A stretch of 64,000 nucleotides of DNA from Candidatus Gottesmanbacteria bacterium RIFCSPHIGHO2_02_FULL_39_11 (lineage in GTDB: Bacteria > Patescibacteriota > Microgenomatia > 2-02-FULL-39-11): assembly GCA_001779195.1 (NCBI GenBank), contig MFJL01000019.1, forward strand, positions 27,192 through 91,191. Reading direction: 5' to 3'. Positions 9,122 to 18,077 of the stretch are shown piece after piece. Position numbers and translations under genes: made by a program. The notes under the pieces are model-generated. The model had not been told where the DNA came from, ran no database searches, and saw nothing but the letters and a program-made list of their open reading frames with translations. Every line of letters begins with the position of its first letter. The first letter of the stretch is position 1.

Positions 9122-10474
9122 TTATCCTACAAGCTTGCTTTTTATCCCCAAGATATCCTCTTGAATTTTTTGATCACTTTCAAGAAGTTTTCCGATTTTG
9201 CGGACTCCATGTAAAATGGTCGTGTGATCCCGTCCACCAAGAAGGGAACCTATATCCATAAGAGGAATTCTTGCTTCCTGTTTTAATAGATAGTAGATAA
9301 TCTGTCTGGGAAGGGCTATAGAACGGTCCCGTTTACTGCTTTTAATTTGAGAAAGTTTCAAATTGTAGTAAGAAAGGACGCAGTTTATAACATTTTGAGG
9401 AGATGTTTTTTGAGCCTCTTTCTGATCTTTTAAATCTGTTTTTAATAGTTTGGAAACAAGATCAATGGTTATAGGGGTATTATTAGTAAGTGCCTCTGCT
9501 GACAGGCGTGTAAGAACTCCCTCAAGTTTTCGAATATTGTCAACATTTGCGGCAATTAACTTGGCAACATCCATAGGAAGAATCATGGACCGTCTTTTCG
9601 CTTTAATAAGAAGTATGGCGGTTTTTAGCTCAAAATCAGGAGGAGCAATATCAATTATTAACCCTCCTTCAAAACGGGATCGCAGACGTGCTTCTAATTT
9701 TTCAATTTCCTCAGGAGGACGATCGGAAGTGAGGATAATTTGTCCTTTACCTTGTTGTACTGTATTAAATGTATGAAAGAATTCTTCCTGTACCGAGTTT
9801 TTCCCTGCGATAAATTGAATGTCATCTATAAAAAGAACATCTGCCCGACGGTATTTTTTTCTAAAATGAGGAGTTGTTTTTCCGCCAATTGCTTCAATAA
9901 TTTCGTTGGTAAACTGTTCCCCGGTACAATACATAATTTTTTTATGCTGTGAATTTGCAAATATCTGATGTCCGATTGCCTGCATAAGATGTGTTTTCCC
10001 AACACCTACTCCTCCGTATAAAAACAGGGGATTGTAGGAAGTTCCGGGGTTTTTAGCAACAGCGGTTGCTGCTGCGTATGCCATTTGATTAGATGAAGAA
10101 ACTGCAAACGTTTCAAACGTATACTCGGGATTAAACGGCAATTGCTCAGTAGGATAAGAGGAGGGGGCGTCATTAAAAGTGAGGAGAGGAAGGTCGTTTG
10201 GATTTTTTTTAATAACGGATGAAGGAGACGGTTCCATAGGAATAAAGGAAACAGAAACGGTTTCTTTTGTATACTCTTTAAGGCGAGTTGCAATTACTGT
10301 TGTATATTTTTTTTCTATGATAGATATCAAAATAGGTTTGTCGCATCCGATAATTGCCTTTTGGTGATCAAAAGAAAGAAGTTTGGTACTGGAAAAAAGA
10401 GTATGAAAAGAAGCCCGGGTTGAGGTGGTTTTTAAGTCCGCTAAAATAGTCTTCCATAAGATATCAACATCCAT
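9122..10474 (-). CDS. dnaA: Chromosomal replication initiator DnaA (likely start MDVDILW)
   Basis: YTFETF, YNPLFLYGGVGVGKTHL, IDDIQF, QEEFFHTFN, RLRSRFEGGL, GGRDHTTILHG. Confidence 0.98.
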   Translation of the reverse strand: MDVDILWKTILADLKTTSTRASFHTLFSSTKLLSFDHQKAIIGCDKPILISIIEKKYTTVIATRLKEYTKETVSVSFIPMEPSPSSVIKKNPNDLPLLTFNDAPSSYPTEQLPFNPEYTFETFAVSSSNQMAYAAATAVAKNPGTSYNPLFLYGGVGVGKTHLMQAIGHQIFANSQHKKIMYCTGEQFTNEIIEAIGGKTTPHFRKKYRRADVLFIDDIQFIAGKNSVQEEFFHTFNTVQQGKGQIILTSDRPPEEIEKLEARLRSRFEGGLIIDIAPPDFELKTAILLIKAKRRSMILPMDVAKLIAANVDNIRKLEGVLTRLSAEALTNNTPITIDLVSKLLKTDLKDQKEAQKTSPQNVINCVLSYYNLKLSQIKSSKRDRSIALPRQIIYYLLKQEARIPLMDIGSLLGGRDHTTILHGVRKIGKLLESDQKIQEDILGIKSKLVG

Positions 10475-10481
10475 AAGTGAG

Positions 10482-10490
10482 TTATCCACA
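10482..10490 (+). promoter_or_regulatory. Perfect DnaA box just upstream of dnaA (autoregulation or bipartite origin)
   Basis: TTATCCACA; another perfect box at 11045-11053 inside rnpA. Confidence 0.75.
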
Positions 10491-10568
10491 ATCCTAAAAT
10501 GACCGGACGTCAGCGTCAAGGGAGAGTTACTGGTACTAACTATATGAATATGGTAAAATCCATTTATT

Positions 10569-10706
10569 ATGCCGAAACGGACATTTCAACCCAAAAAAAG
10601 AAAAGCAAAAAAAATCCATGGATTTTTCAAACGGATTGGTACGGTATCAGGAAGAAAAGTTTTAAAAGCCAGACGGTTAAAGGGAAGAAAGAGACTGAGT
10701 AAGTAA
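10569..10706 (+). CDS. rpmH: 50S ribosomal protein L34 (missed by the ORF track)
   Basis: [45 protein letters not shown]; canonical position. Confidence 0.97.
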   Translation: MPKRTFQPKKRKAKKIHGFFKRIGTVSGRKVLKARRLKGRKRLSK

Positions 10707-10707
10707 T

Positions 10708-10838
10708 CTAATAACCCAATAAACCAATTTCCAATAACCCAATAAATGTAAAATGTATTAGTTTTTAAATGTGAATGTTTATTGGTAGTATTGGGTTACC
10801 TGTCTGCCGACAGACAGGTTGGTACTTATTGGGTTATT
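10708..10838. repeat. Inverted pair of octamer tracts (CCAATAA-type then TTATTGG-type) with a nested palindrome ACCTGTCTGCCGACAGACAGGT
   Basis: Read directly in the rpmH-rnpA spacer. Confidence 0.75.
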
Positions 10839-10845
10839 TTCTCCT

Positions 10846-11208
10846 ATGCTCCCTAAAACACACCGAATAACTCCTCCTCAATTTCGAAGAAATACCGCCA
10901 GATATTCTCATCATGAAAATCCGGTTGCGCAAATTATTGCAAAGGATAATGATCTCCATATAATTCGGGCTGGAATTGTTGTCCCGAAACGATTGGATAA
11001 GCGATCCGTCTACCGAAATCGCACTAAACGAAAAATTTCCGAAGTTATCCACAAGAAAGTAATAGGGGAGTCTGTAGGAGTTGATCTTATGATAAAATCT
11101 AAAAAAATATTTTCTCCCGATGAGTCAGACACATTTGCTCAATTAGTTTCTGAAGTTGCAGAAAAAGCCATTTTTACACATGACCAAACAAAGCCGAAAT
11201 TTACTTAA
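10846..11208 (+). CDS. rnpA: Ribonuclease P protein component
   Basis: MLPKTHRI, RAGIVVPKRLDKRSVYRNRTKRKISE (RNR motif); synteny. Confidence 0.9.
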   Translation: MLPKTHRITPPQFRRNTARYSHHENPVAQIIAKDNDLHIIRAGIVVPKRLDKRSVYRNRTKRKISEVIHKKVIGESVGVDLMIKSKKIFSPDESDTFAQLVSEVAEKAIFTHDQTKPKFT

Positions 11209-11209
11209 T

Positions 11210-11437
11210 ATGTCAAAAAATTTTGTTTTGTATTTAATTAAATTCTATAAAAAATCAGGTACGGCAAGTGCAATAAGTGTCCTTTTTGGATCCACCTGTC
11301 GCTTTACTCCTACCTGTTCAGATTATACCTATGAAGCAGTAAATCGCTATGGTACAATAAGAGGACTTTTTATGGGAGCAAAGAGACTAGCTCGGTGCCA
11401 TCCTTTTAATAAAGCAGGAATTGACCCAGTTAGATAG
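11210..11437 (+). CDS. yidD: Membrane protein insertion efficiency factor YidD
   Basis: CRFTPTCSDY...RCHPF...GIDPV. Confidence 0.95.
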   Translation: MSKNFVLYLIKFYKKSGTASAISVLFGSTCRFTPTCSDYTYEAVNRYGTIRGLFMGAKRLARCHPFNKAGIDPVR

Positions 11438-11453
11438 TAAATTGTATCCCTGT

Positions 11454-11523
11454 GTCATGCTGAATTTATTTCAGCATCTATCTTCTAATAATTAAAAAGA
11501 TCCTGAAACAAGTTCAGGATAAC
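11454..11523. repeat. GTCAT-tagged palindromic repeat dimer
   Basis: GTCATGCTGAATTTATTTCAGCATCT ... AGATCCTGAAACAAGTTCAGGATAAC. Confidence 0.85.
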
Positions 11524-11556
11524 AATAGATAAGTATTTAATAGCTCACCTAAACAT

Positions 11557-12378
11557 ATGTTCGATACTAACAATATTTTTAACACGGTTCTTATCATTCC
11601 CATTCTTAATATTCTGATAGCGGTATACCATGTATTTTTAGCCCTTAAAGTTCCGGGAGCTTTAGGATTTTCTTTAATTGCTTTAACCATTATTATCCGT
11701 CTTATTCTACATCCCCTAACCGTCAAACAGTTGAAAAGCACGCAAAAACTGGCACACATAAAGCCGCGGCTTGATGAGCTGAATAAATTGCACAAAGAGG
11801 ATAAAGCAAGGCTCCAGCAGGAACAGTTAAAGCTGTATCAGGAAGCGGGTATAAATCCCGCCTCGGGATGTCTACCCCTCCTTTTACAGATGCCGATTCT
11901 TATCGGACTGTATAATCTGTTTTTCACTGTTTTAGGCAATGGAGGCGATACAAGTAAAATAGTTGAGGGAATAAATAAAGTAGTTTATTTTCCTTTTTTA
12001 AAAATTCAGAGCTTGGATCTTTCTTTTTTTGGATTAAATCTAACCTCAAAACCCAATGAATGGCAGAAAATAGGTTGGGGGTTTCTCTTAATTCCGGTTA
12101 TTACCGCAGCTTTACAGTATCTTCAAACTAAAATGATGACTCCGCCTTCGCCTGCTCCCGCTCTTGTTAAGAAAGACGGGGAGAAGAAGGGTGAGGAAGA
12201 CATGTCTACTATGATGCAGAAACAAATGTCTATCATGATGCCTCTGATGATCGGGTTTTTTGCCTATTCATTTCCTCTCGGATTGTCTCTTTATTGGAAT
12301 ACATACTCTCTTTTTGGTATAATCCAACAACAGATTTTGAATAAAGAGTTAGAGAGGGAAAAGACGCATGGCAAATGA
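11557..12378 (+). CDS. yidC: Membrane protein insertase YidC/Oxa1
   Basis: TIIIRLILHPL, GINPASGCLPLLLQMPIL, PLGLSLYW. Confidence 0.95.
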   Translation: MFDTNNIFNTVLIIPILNILIAVYHVFLALKVPGALGFSLIALTIIIRLILHPLTVKQLKSTQKLAHIKPRLDELNKLHKEDKARLQQEQLKLYQEAGINPASGCLPLLLQMPILIGLYNLFFTVLGNGGDTSKIVEGINKVVYFPFLKIQSLDLSFFGLNLTSKPNEWQKIGWGFLLIPVITAALQYLQTKMMTPPSPAPALVKKDGEKKGEEDMSTMMQKQMSIMMPLMIGFFAYSFPLGLSLYWNTYSLFGIIQQQILNKELEREKTHGK

Positions 12379-12823
12379 GATAAAATCCCAAATTCTGGAA
12401 ATTGCTCAGGATCTCCTTGAAAAACTTGAAATAACAGGAGAGGTGGTTGTTGAGGACGGGGAAGAAGGAAGTTTTAAGGTAGTTATAAATACTGAAGAAA
12501 CAGGGCTTCTTATTGGTCATCACGGAGAGACTCTCAATAGTTTCCAGCTTATTTTAGGGGTAATTCTTTTTAAGAAGCGAGGAGTTTGGGCACGGGTACT
12601 GGTTGATGTCGGAGACTATCGTAAACTTCGTGAGGAAAGTATTAAAGAAATGGTAAATCGGATTGTTTCAGAAGTTGAAACTGCAGGTCTGCCGGTAACG
12701 TTGCCCTTTTTAACTCCTCTGGAGAGAAGGATTGTGCATGTGATGCTCACCGGACATGAAAAAGTCGTATCTGAATCAACCGGAGAAGGTCGGGACCGCC
12801 GGCTCACTATCCGCCCGAAGTAA
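12368..12823 (+). CDS. jag: Jag/KhpB RNA-binding protein (KH + R3H)
   Basis: GLLIGHHGETLNSFQ, DVGDYR, ERRIVH, SESTGEGRDRR. Confidence 0.9.
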   Translation: MANEIKSQILEIAQDLLEKLEITGEVVVEDGEEGSFKVVINTEETGLLIGHHGETLNSFQLILGVILFKKRGVWARVLVDVGDYRKLREESIKEMVNRIVSEVETAGLPVTLPFLTPLERRIVHVMLTGHEKVVSESTGEGRDRRLTIRPK

Positions 12824-12824
12824 A

Positions 12825-14108
12825 GTGAAGCTCAATTGGCTTCCCTATCTTCTTTTTATTCTTCTTCCAACTCAACTTGGTAAATATTTTTTTCTTCCTG
12901 CAGCTTATATAAGCGGACTTAGAAGTGATTATTTAGCCATTTCATTTTACTTAACTGATATTATTTCAGCTTTAATAATTCTGGGATATTTTCTTAGGGT
13001 TAATCGTCACCCTGAACTTGTTTCAGGGTCTGTATTAATAAAGATGCTGAAACGAGTTCAGCATGACAAACACTTGTCTTTTTCTCCCTTTCTCTTTTTC
13101 TCCCTTTCTCTTTTTCTCTATTTATTCCTTTCTTCTCTTTTTATATCTGTAAATCCAATCATTTCTCTTTTTAAACTATTGAAGCTTCTTGAAATAGGTT
13201 TGCTTTGTTTTGTTCTTATCAGGTTAAGGCCGGATATTTCCAAAATTATTTTATCAATTTCCATAGGGGCTTTTTACTCTTCTGTTCTTGCCATTCTTCA
13301 ATTTATAAAAGGAGGGTCTTTAAATGGACTGTGGTGGTTTTTAGGGGAAAGGACGTTTACCGTGACAACTCCCGGAATTGCCGCATTTTCTTTAAACGGA
13401 ATGAGATTTTTGCGTCCCTATGCCGCTTTTCCCCATCCGAATGTTTTGGCGGGATTTTTGGCAATAAGTTCTTTAAGTATTATTTGGTACTTAAGATATA
13501 AAAAACCTCTTTCAAAAAAAGTATTTTATTATTTTGCGGGAGTTTTGGTTTTCGGTCTGATTGCTCTTATATTAACCGCAAGCCGAAACGCAATATTTGC
13601 CTATGCAATTGGTATCTTACTTCTTCTAAAGCCGGTTAAATTTGACGGAAAAAGCGTAATTGCGTTTTTTACATGCGTACTTATTTCAATTTTTATTCCA
13701 CTTTTTATATCAATTCCGAACGAAAGTATTCTGGAGCGCAAAGCGCTTATTAAGAAATCTTTTGATATTATCCAAAGTTCGGGAGTATTGGGCGTCGGGC
13801 TAAACGGGTTTATACAAATTCCAAATAACACCATGCATTTTATGGGAGTTGGTGCATATCAGCCGGTTCATAATGTTTTTCTTCTTATCTTAGCTGAAAC
13901 CGGAATGGTCGGTGTGTTTCTTTTTCTGGTTATTGTCCATCTCATCTTTTGCGATTATAAACTATCTTTTGTCTCTTTTTCTCCTGTCCTCTTTTCTCTT
14001 TTTCTCCTGTCTTTATTTGATCACTATCTATTTACCCTCCAGGAAGGGATGCTTATAACCGTTTCAGTCATCTCTCTTGCCTTTTTAGCTCGAAAAAAAT
14101 ACACTTAA
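12825..14108 (+). CDS. O-antigen ligase / Wzy_C family membrane protein (likely GTG start) carrying an in-frame repeat insertion
   Basis: Multiple TM helices, RPYAAFPHPNVLAGFL, LTASR, GVGLNGF, PVHNVFLLILAETG, FDHY. Confidence 0.85.
   Translation: MKLNWLPYLLFILLPTQLGKYFFLPAAYISGLRSDYLAISFYLTDIISALIILGYFLRVNRHPELVSGSVLIKMLKRVQHDKHLSFSPFLFFSLSLFLYLFLSSLFISVNPIISLFKLLKLLEIGLLCFVLIRLRPDISKIILSISIGAFYSSVLAILQFIKGGSLNGLWWFLGERTFTVTTPGIAAFSLNGMRFLRPYAAFPHPNVLAGFLAISSLSIIWYLRYKKPLSKKVFYYFAGVLVFGLIALILTASRNAIFAYAIGILLLLKPVKFDGKSVIAFFTCVLISIFIPLFISIPNESILERKALIKKSFDIIQSSGVLGVGLNGFIQIPNNTMHFMGVGAYQPVHNVFLLILAETGMVGVFLFLVIVHLIFCDYKLSFVSFSPVLFSLFLLSLFDHYLFTLQEGMLITVSVISLAFLARKKYT
13006..13067. repeat. GTCA-tagged palindromic repeat dimer inserted in frame in a CDS
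   Basis: GTCACCCTGAACTTGTTTCAGGGTCT...AGATGCTGAAACGAGTTCAGCATGAC, near-identical to intergenic copies at 46965 and 11454 (rc); encodes RHPELVSGSVLIKMLKRVQHD. Confidence 0.9.
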
Positions 14109-14111
14109 CGT

Positions 14112-14327
14112 ATGAAACTCTCACGGATTTTTCTTTTTATCTTTGTGCTTCCGGTTACCCTTTTTTTGGATTTTATCCTGTATGCAATTCTTCAGACATG
14201 TCCCGGGTGTAGCACCTTTTCCGGATTTTTAAAAACTGAAGGGGCTCTTTCATTTCCTTTTGTGATAGAGTTGACGGAGTGGATTCACCGGGTAATTAAA
14301 AACAGTTTAATAGGAAAAAAATTATAA
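14112..14327 (+). CDS. Small membrane protein with CPGC motif
   Basis: 71 aa, fills the gap between the ligase and nadD with 1-3 nt spacing. Confidence 0.6.
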   Translation: MKLSRIFLFIFVLPVTLFLDFILYAILQTCPGCSTFSGFLKTEGALSFPFVIELTEWIHRVIKNSLIGKKL

Positions 14328-14328
14328 A

Positions 14329-14889
14329 ATGAACATAGCAATTTTGGGAGGACGATTTGATCCGCCTCATATCTGGCATTACTGGACGGCTCAGCAAGTC
14401 TTGGAAAATGTTCCCGGAATTGAAGAGGTCTGGCTTCTTCCTGACTATCAGAACGCGTTTAAGCCGATTGTAGCTTCCGCTCTTGAGAGAATTGAAATGC
14501 TTCATTATTTGGAAACCGGAAGAATACGGCTTTCAACTATTGCCGCGGCCCATGAAGAGACTACATTTACAATTGATATTGCCCATGAACTCTCAGGAGA
14601 CACGGCGAATCGTTACTACTGGATTGTAGGATCAGATATAGCCGGAGAATTCAGCAAATGGAGAGATTATCAGAAGCTTACCAAGATTTTACAATTTTTA
14701 GTTTTTCCCCGGAAAGACTATCCTATCAAAAATCTTCCGTTTGGATTTAAACGGGTTGAAGGAAATTTGATGCTTTCCAATATTTCTTCTTCTTTGATAC
14801 GGGATCGAGTAAAGGTGGGAAAAACGATCTCAGGTCTTGTCTACCCTGAAGTGGAAGATTATATCAAAAGAAAAAACCTGTACAAATGA
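14329..14889 (+). CDS. nadD: Nicotinate-nucleotide adenylyltransferase
   Basis: GGRFDPPHIWH (HIGH variant), WIVGSD, ISSSLIRDR, VEDYI..NLY. Confidence 0.93.
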   Translation: MNIAILGGRFDPPHIWHYWTAQQVLENVPGIEEVWLLPDYQNAFKPIVASALERIEMLHYLETGRIRLSTIAAAHEETTFTIDIAHELSGDTANRYYWIVGSDIAGEFSKWRDYQKLTKILQFLVFPRKDYPIKNLPFGFKRVEGNLMLSNISSSLIRDRVKVGKTISGLVYPEVEDYIKRKNLYK

Positions 14890-14890
14890 A

Positions 14891-14966
14891 TATCCAATCA
14901 TCTAATCAACCAATTATCCAATAAATACCAATAAGGTTTGTCATCCCGACAAAAGTCGGGATCCAT
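14891..14966. repeat. CCAAT-type octamer tract followed by a GTCAT palindrome (14940-14966)
   Basis: tatccaatcatctaatcaaccaattatccaataaataccaataa; GTCATCCCGACAAAAGTCGGGATCCAT. Confidence 0.75.
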
Positions 14967-14974
14967 CTTTGAAT

Positions 14975-15754
14975 ATGGATCTTACAATTGATAGCAAGTT
15001 AATATACGAAAAAATAATCAAATTCATTTCTTCTTCTTTTAAAAAATCCGGTTTTTCTCAAGCAGTTATTGGCCTATCAGGTGGGATTGACTCTGCTGTA
15101 TCTTTAACTTTGGCAGCTCAAGCGTTGGAAAAAGAAAATATTTACCCTTATATTCTTCCCTTTGGAGATTTAAACTCAATAGGAGTAGAGGATGCAAAAT
15201 TATTGATTAACCATTTAACCATTCCCTTTGACCATTTAACCATAATTAATATTAAGCCTTTAGTTGATCCTATCATTTCATTAGATAACTCAATTGATGA
15301 TATACGGAAAGGAAACATTATGGCCCGGATGCGGATGATCCTTCTTATGGACGCTGCCAAAAAAAGAAACGCACTTGTTGTGGGGACTGAAAATAAGACA
15401 GAGCATGTTTTGGGGTACTATACACGCTTTGGAGATGAAGCGTCCGATGTAGAGCCGATACAGAGTCTTTACAAGACTCAGGTGAGAGAGCTTGCAACAT
15501 ATCTGGGAATTCCGAAAAAAATTATTGCTGCCTCCCCCACCGCAGGGTTGTGGGAGGGTCAGACGGATGAAGGGGAATTTGGATTTACCTACGAAGAGGC
15601 GGATCAGATTTTGTATTTGAAATTTGAGAAACATTTATCTGAAGAAGAAATAGTGAAAAAGAGATTTAAGAGGGAGGTAGTGGGGAAAGTGCTAGGACGG
15701 GTTAAGGTAAATGAATTTAAAAAAAATCTCCCGATGGTTTTTATCACTGAATGA
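14975..15754 (+). CDS. nadE: NH3-dependent NAD+ synthetase
   Basis: GLSGGIDS, GNIMARMRM, GTENKTE..LGYYTRFGD, PTAGLWEGQTDE. Confidence 0.96.
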   Translation: MDLTIDSKLIYEKIIKFISSSFKKSGFSQAVIGLSGGIDSAVSLTLAAQALEKENIYPYILPFGDLNSIGVEDAKLLINHLTIPFDHLTIINIKPLVDPIISLDNSIDDIRKGNIMARMRMILLMDAAKKRNALVVGTENKTEHVLGYYTRFGDEASDVEPIQSLYKTQVRELATYLGIPKKIIAASPTAGLWEGQTDEGEFGFTYEEADQILYLKFEKHLSEEEIVKKRFKREVVGKVLGRVKVNEFKKNLPMVFITE

Positions 15755-16196
15755 CTGTTATCTTCTCATTTTTAGACAGAGGGTTAAAATCATTATCAAA
15801 TGTGGCTATTGCAAAAACTTTATTTTGTTTCATGCATTCCAAATGAAAAGCGTCTCGGGGTCTTAAATTATAAGTTTTTATTGAATCTAAAATATTTATA
15901 AGCGAATCTTCGCTATTTTCAAACTCAATTAGCCGTGTCGTATTCCAGGAAAGAACTGCTTGTACTGTTTTAGATAATATAGAAGCAAAAGAACCAAAGG
16001 AATTATCATTTTTTTCACCTCTTAAGAGAAAAACAATCCCATACAAAAATTCATCCATCGTTAAGGCAGATATCAAAAGAAACGCATTCTCTGACCATAA
16101 ATTGTCAATAATTTTTTTCGCTCTCTCGTGAAATTCGTGACCAGAAACCTGATGGGCAATGAGAATATTAGCGTCCAAATATACTTTTTTTATCAT
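15744..16196 (-). CDS. vapC: PIN-domain VapC toxin
   Basis: VYLDANILI, TMDEF, LRPRDAFH, ATFDNDF. Confidence 0.9.
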   Translation of the reverse strand: MIKKVYLDANILIAHQVSGHEFHERAKKIIDNLWSENAFLLISALTMDEFLYGIVFLLRGEKNDNSFGSFASILSKTVQAVLSWNTTRLIEFENSEDSLINILDSIKTYNLRPRDAFHLECMKQNKVFAIATFDNDFNPLSKNEKITVIQ

Positions 16197-16446
16197 AAGG
16201 ATTTTTAATAGCGTCAAAGACTTTCTCAATAGGCATTGATTTTGACATTTGAATAGTTCCTGCTGTTTTAGAGGGAGGGAGTTTAGAGGCGACTTGGGAT
16301 GAAGTTTGTTTTCCTAATACATTAAATTGTATGCTTTCCACAACGATTTCATTCATGGTACGTTTTTCTTTTAAAGCTCTTTTTTTTATGATAAATAACA
16401 AATCTTCAGGCAGAGTGACAGTAGTGCGTATCATCGGTGTATTCAT
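16168..16446 (-). CDS. vapB: RHH/CopG-like antitoxin (VapB)
   Basis: RTTVTLPEDL...KRAL..KRTMNEIV; upstream of and overlapping the PIN gene; TTGACA-17-TAATAT promoter 7 nt before the ATG. Confidence 0.8.
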   Translation of the reverse strand: MNTPMIRTTVTLPEDLLFIIKKRALKEKRTMNEIVVESIQFNVLGKQTSSQVASKLPPSKTAGTIQMSKSMPIEKVFDAIKNPYDKKSIFGR

Positions 16447-16558
16447 ATCTATCATATTAGCATCAAAGCATCAATGTGTCAATACTCGCTGGGAAAAAGA
16501 GCGTTACCGTATGTGTGTTGGTTGAGGCCGGTTTTATATTAATTAGGCCTGACAAGTA

Positions 16559-16581
16559 TCCTAATTTAGTATAAATTAGGA
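16559..16581. promoter_or_regulatory. Perfect 10-bp inverted repeat, operator-like
   Basis: TCCTAATTTA-GTA-TAAATTAGGA. Confidence 0.45.
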
Positions 16582-16801
16582 CACAAAAAGACGGTTTCTG
16601 ATAAGATACAGCTTTTCGAGAGGATATTTATCATTTTTTTATCTTACTTTCTGTGGACTATTAACAGAGAAAACTACCTGAAGGAACTGACTGGTCCTCA
16701 TTCTTAAGACAAGAAACGATTGATCAAATCGAAAAGTATTGGAACGGGTGAAGAAGAATAGGTTTAAGTCACAATTATCATTTAGCCTATAGAAGAAAAA
16801 T

Positions 16802-16830
16802 TTGACATATTTATGCTTTTATGTTACTAT
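16802..16830 (+). promoter_or_regulatory. Sigma70 promoter of the second vapBC operon
   Basis: TTGACA-17 nt-TACTAT with TG extension, 8 nt before the ATG. Confidence 0.8.
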
Positions 16831-16838
16831 GAATCCAT

Positions 16839-17126
16839 ATGATAAATCCTACTGTTAGAACTACTGTCGATCTTCCAGAAGATTTGATCTTTGCTATAAA
16901 GCAGAAAGCTCTTAATGAAAAAAAATCTCTAAAATATATTATTTACCAAGCGCTTACAACCTATATGAAATATAAAGAACCGATTACATCTACTACTTCT
17001 GTTCTTTCACTTTTCGGTGCCTGGGGAAAAGGAGAGAAAGGGATAGACTTTCTTAAAAGAGTAAGATACTCTCCCCTTGAGAAAGAACGGGAAGAACATC
17101 TTGAAAAACAATGGAAAAAATCCTAA
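16839..17126 (+). CDS. vapB: RHH/CopG-like antitoxin (VapB)
   Basis: RTTVDLPEDLIFAIKQKALNEKKSL; overlaps the downstream PIN gene. Confidence 0.8.
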   Translation: MINPTVRTTVDLPEDLIFAIKQKALNEKKSLKYIIYQALTTYMKYKEPITSTTSVLSLFGAWGKGEKGIDFLKRVRYSPLEKEREEHLEKQWKKS

Positions 17127-17494
17127 TTGACTCCGATGTGCTCATTGATTTTCTCCGAGGTTATACCCTTCGCATCAAAGATGTTTTTTCACGGATCGAG
17201 AAGAAAGAACTGGATGCGTATATATCGACAATAACTGTCTCAGAGCTCTACAGCGGGCAAGATGTAGTAAGTGAGAAAGGGAAATCAGAACTTAGAAAGT
17301 TATTATCCATTTTCAAAAAAATATCCATAGATGAAAAAATAGCAGAAGAAGCCGGGGATATTCGAAGAAGCCATCGTGTAGGTTTATCCGATGCTTTAAT
17401 TGCAAGCACGGCTCTTTCTCTTACCGCCAAGCTCTTGACCTTTAACAAAAAACATTTTCAACATATTCAGGAACTGACGTTCTTTTCTATTTAA
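17111..17494 (+). CDS. vapC: PIN-domain VapC toxin
   Basis: ILIDSDVLIDFLRG, STITVSELYSG, LSDALIASTA, LTFNKKHF. Confidence 0.92.
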   Translation: MEKILIDSDVLIDFLRGYTLRIKDVFSRIEKKELDAYISTITVSELYSGQDVVSEKGKSELRKLLSIFKKISIDEKIAEEAGDIRRSHRVGLSDALIASTALSLTAKLLTFNKKHFQHIQELTFFSI

Positions 17495-17502
17495 ATGGGG
17501 GC

Positions 17503-17943
17503 TTAATCTGAATCAGTGGCGCCTTTATACCCATTCATTTGAATTTCCAGCGGATACCCCCCTAAGTCTTGACCTCTCTCGAAAAGAGTTTGGGCAATCC
17601 CATTGTAGGAGTTCATCCATGACTCAACGTGTTGTCGTGGTTCTCTCCTTGCTGCCATTTCTGTTGCAACTCCAAAGAAAAATCTAAGAGCTGTAGGTAC
17701 AGTTGCTTTATTTGTTACCGGAACAAGTACATCATAAGGTGTCAGTCCATTCCCTTGTTTTACTCTGTCCGGTCTGACAGTCAGGGGTTGAGCTATTTTT
17801 TCTGGATCAGGTGAAAAAATGACGCTAAAATGAGGTAAAGTTGCTTGATCAGGATGCTCTGCATCAGCGGTCAATATTATGTCGCGATTCTTTAGTGGCC
17901 CGGCAACTCTGATTGTTTTTTGTTCGAAACCCATAGGAGTCAA
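17503..17943 (-). CDS. Hypothetical protein
   Basis: 146 aa ORF with plausible composition, no recognised motif; start uncertain. Confidence 0.55.
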   Translation of the reverse strand: MTPMGFEQKTIRVAGPLKNRDIILTADAEHPDQATLPHFSVIFSPDPEKIAQPLTVRPDRVKQGNGLTPYDVLVPVTNKATVPTALRFFFGVATEMAARREPRQHVESWMNSYNGIAQTLFERGQDLGGYPLEIQMNGYKGATDSD

Positions 17944-18077
17944 GTTAGAAAACTAATATATCATACTTTATCATACTCCATATTATGGGTCAAGAGTAAT
18001 TGTCTCTTAGTAAAACTCTACTAATTGTTTTATATAGGAATTAAGTTGCGTGGCTGGCATATTTTGCCGAGTGAAAT

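Noticed and set aside
10499-10702. 67 aa ORF in the track
   Set aside because: It is an alternative frame over rpmH (10569-10706).
16559-16581. Palindrome as a dif/Xer or attC site
   Set aside because: The 3-nt spacer and arms do not fit the 11-6-11 dif layout or the RYYYAAC/GTTRRRY ends of attC, and the site is near oriC rather than the terminus.
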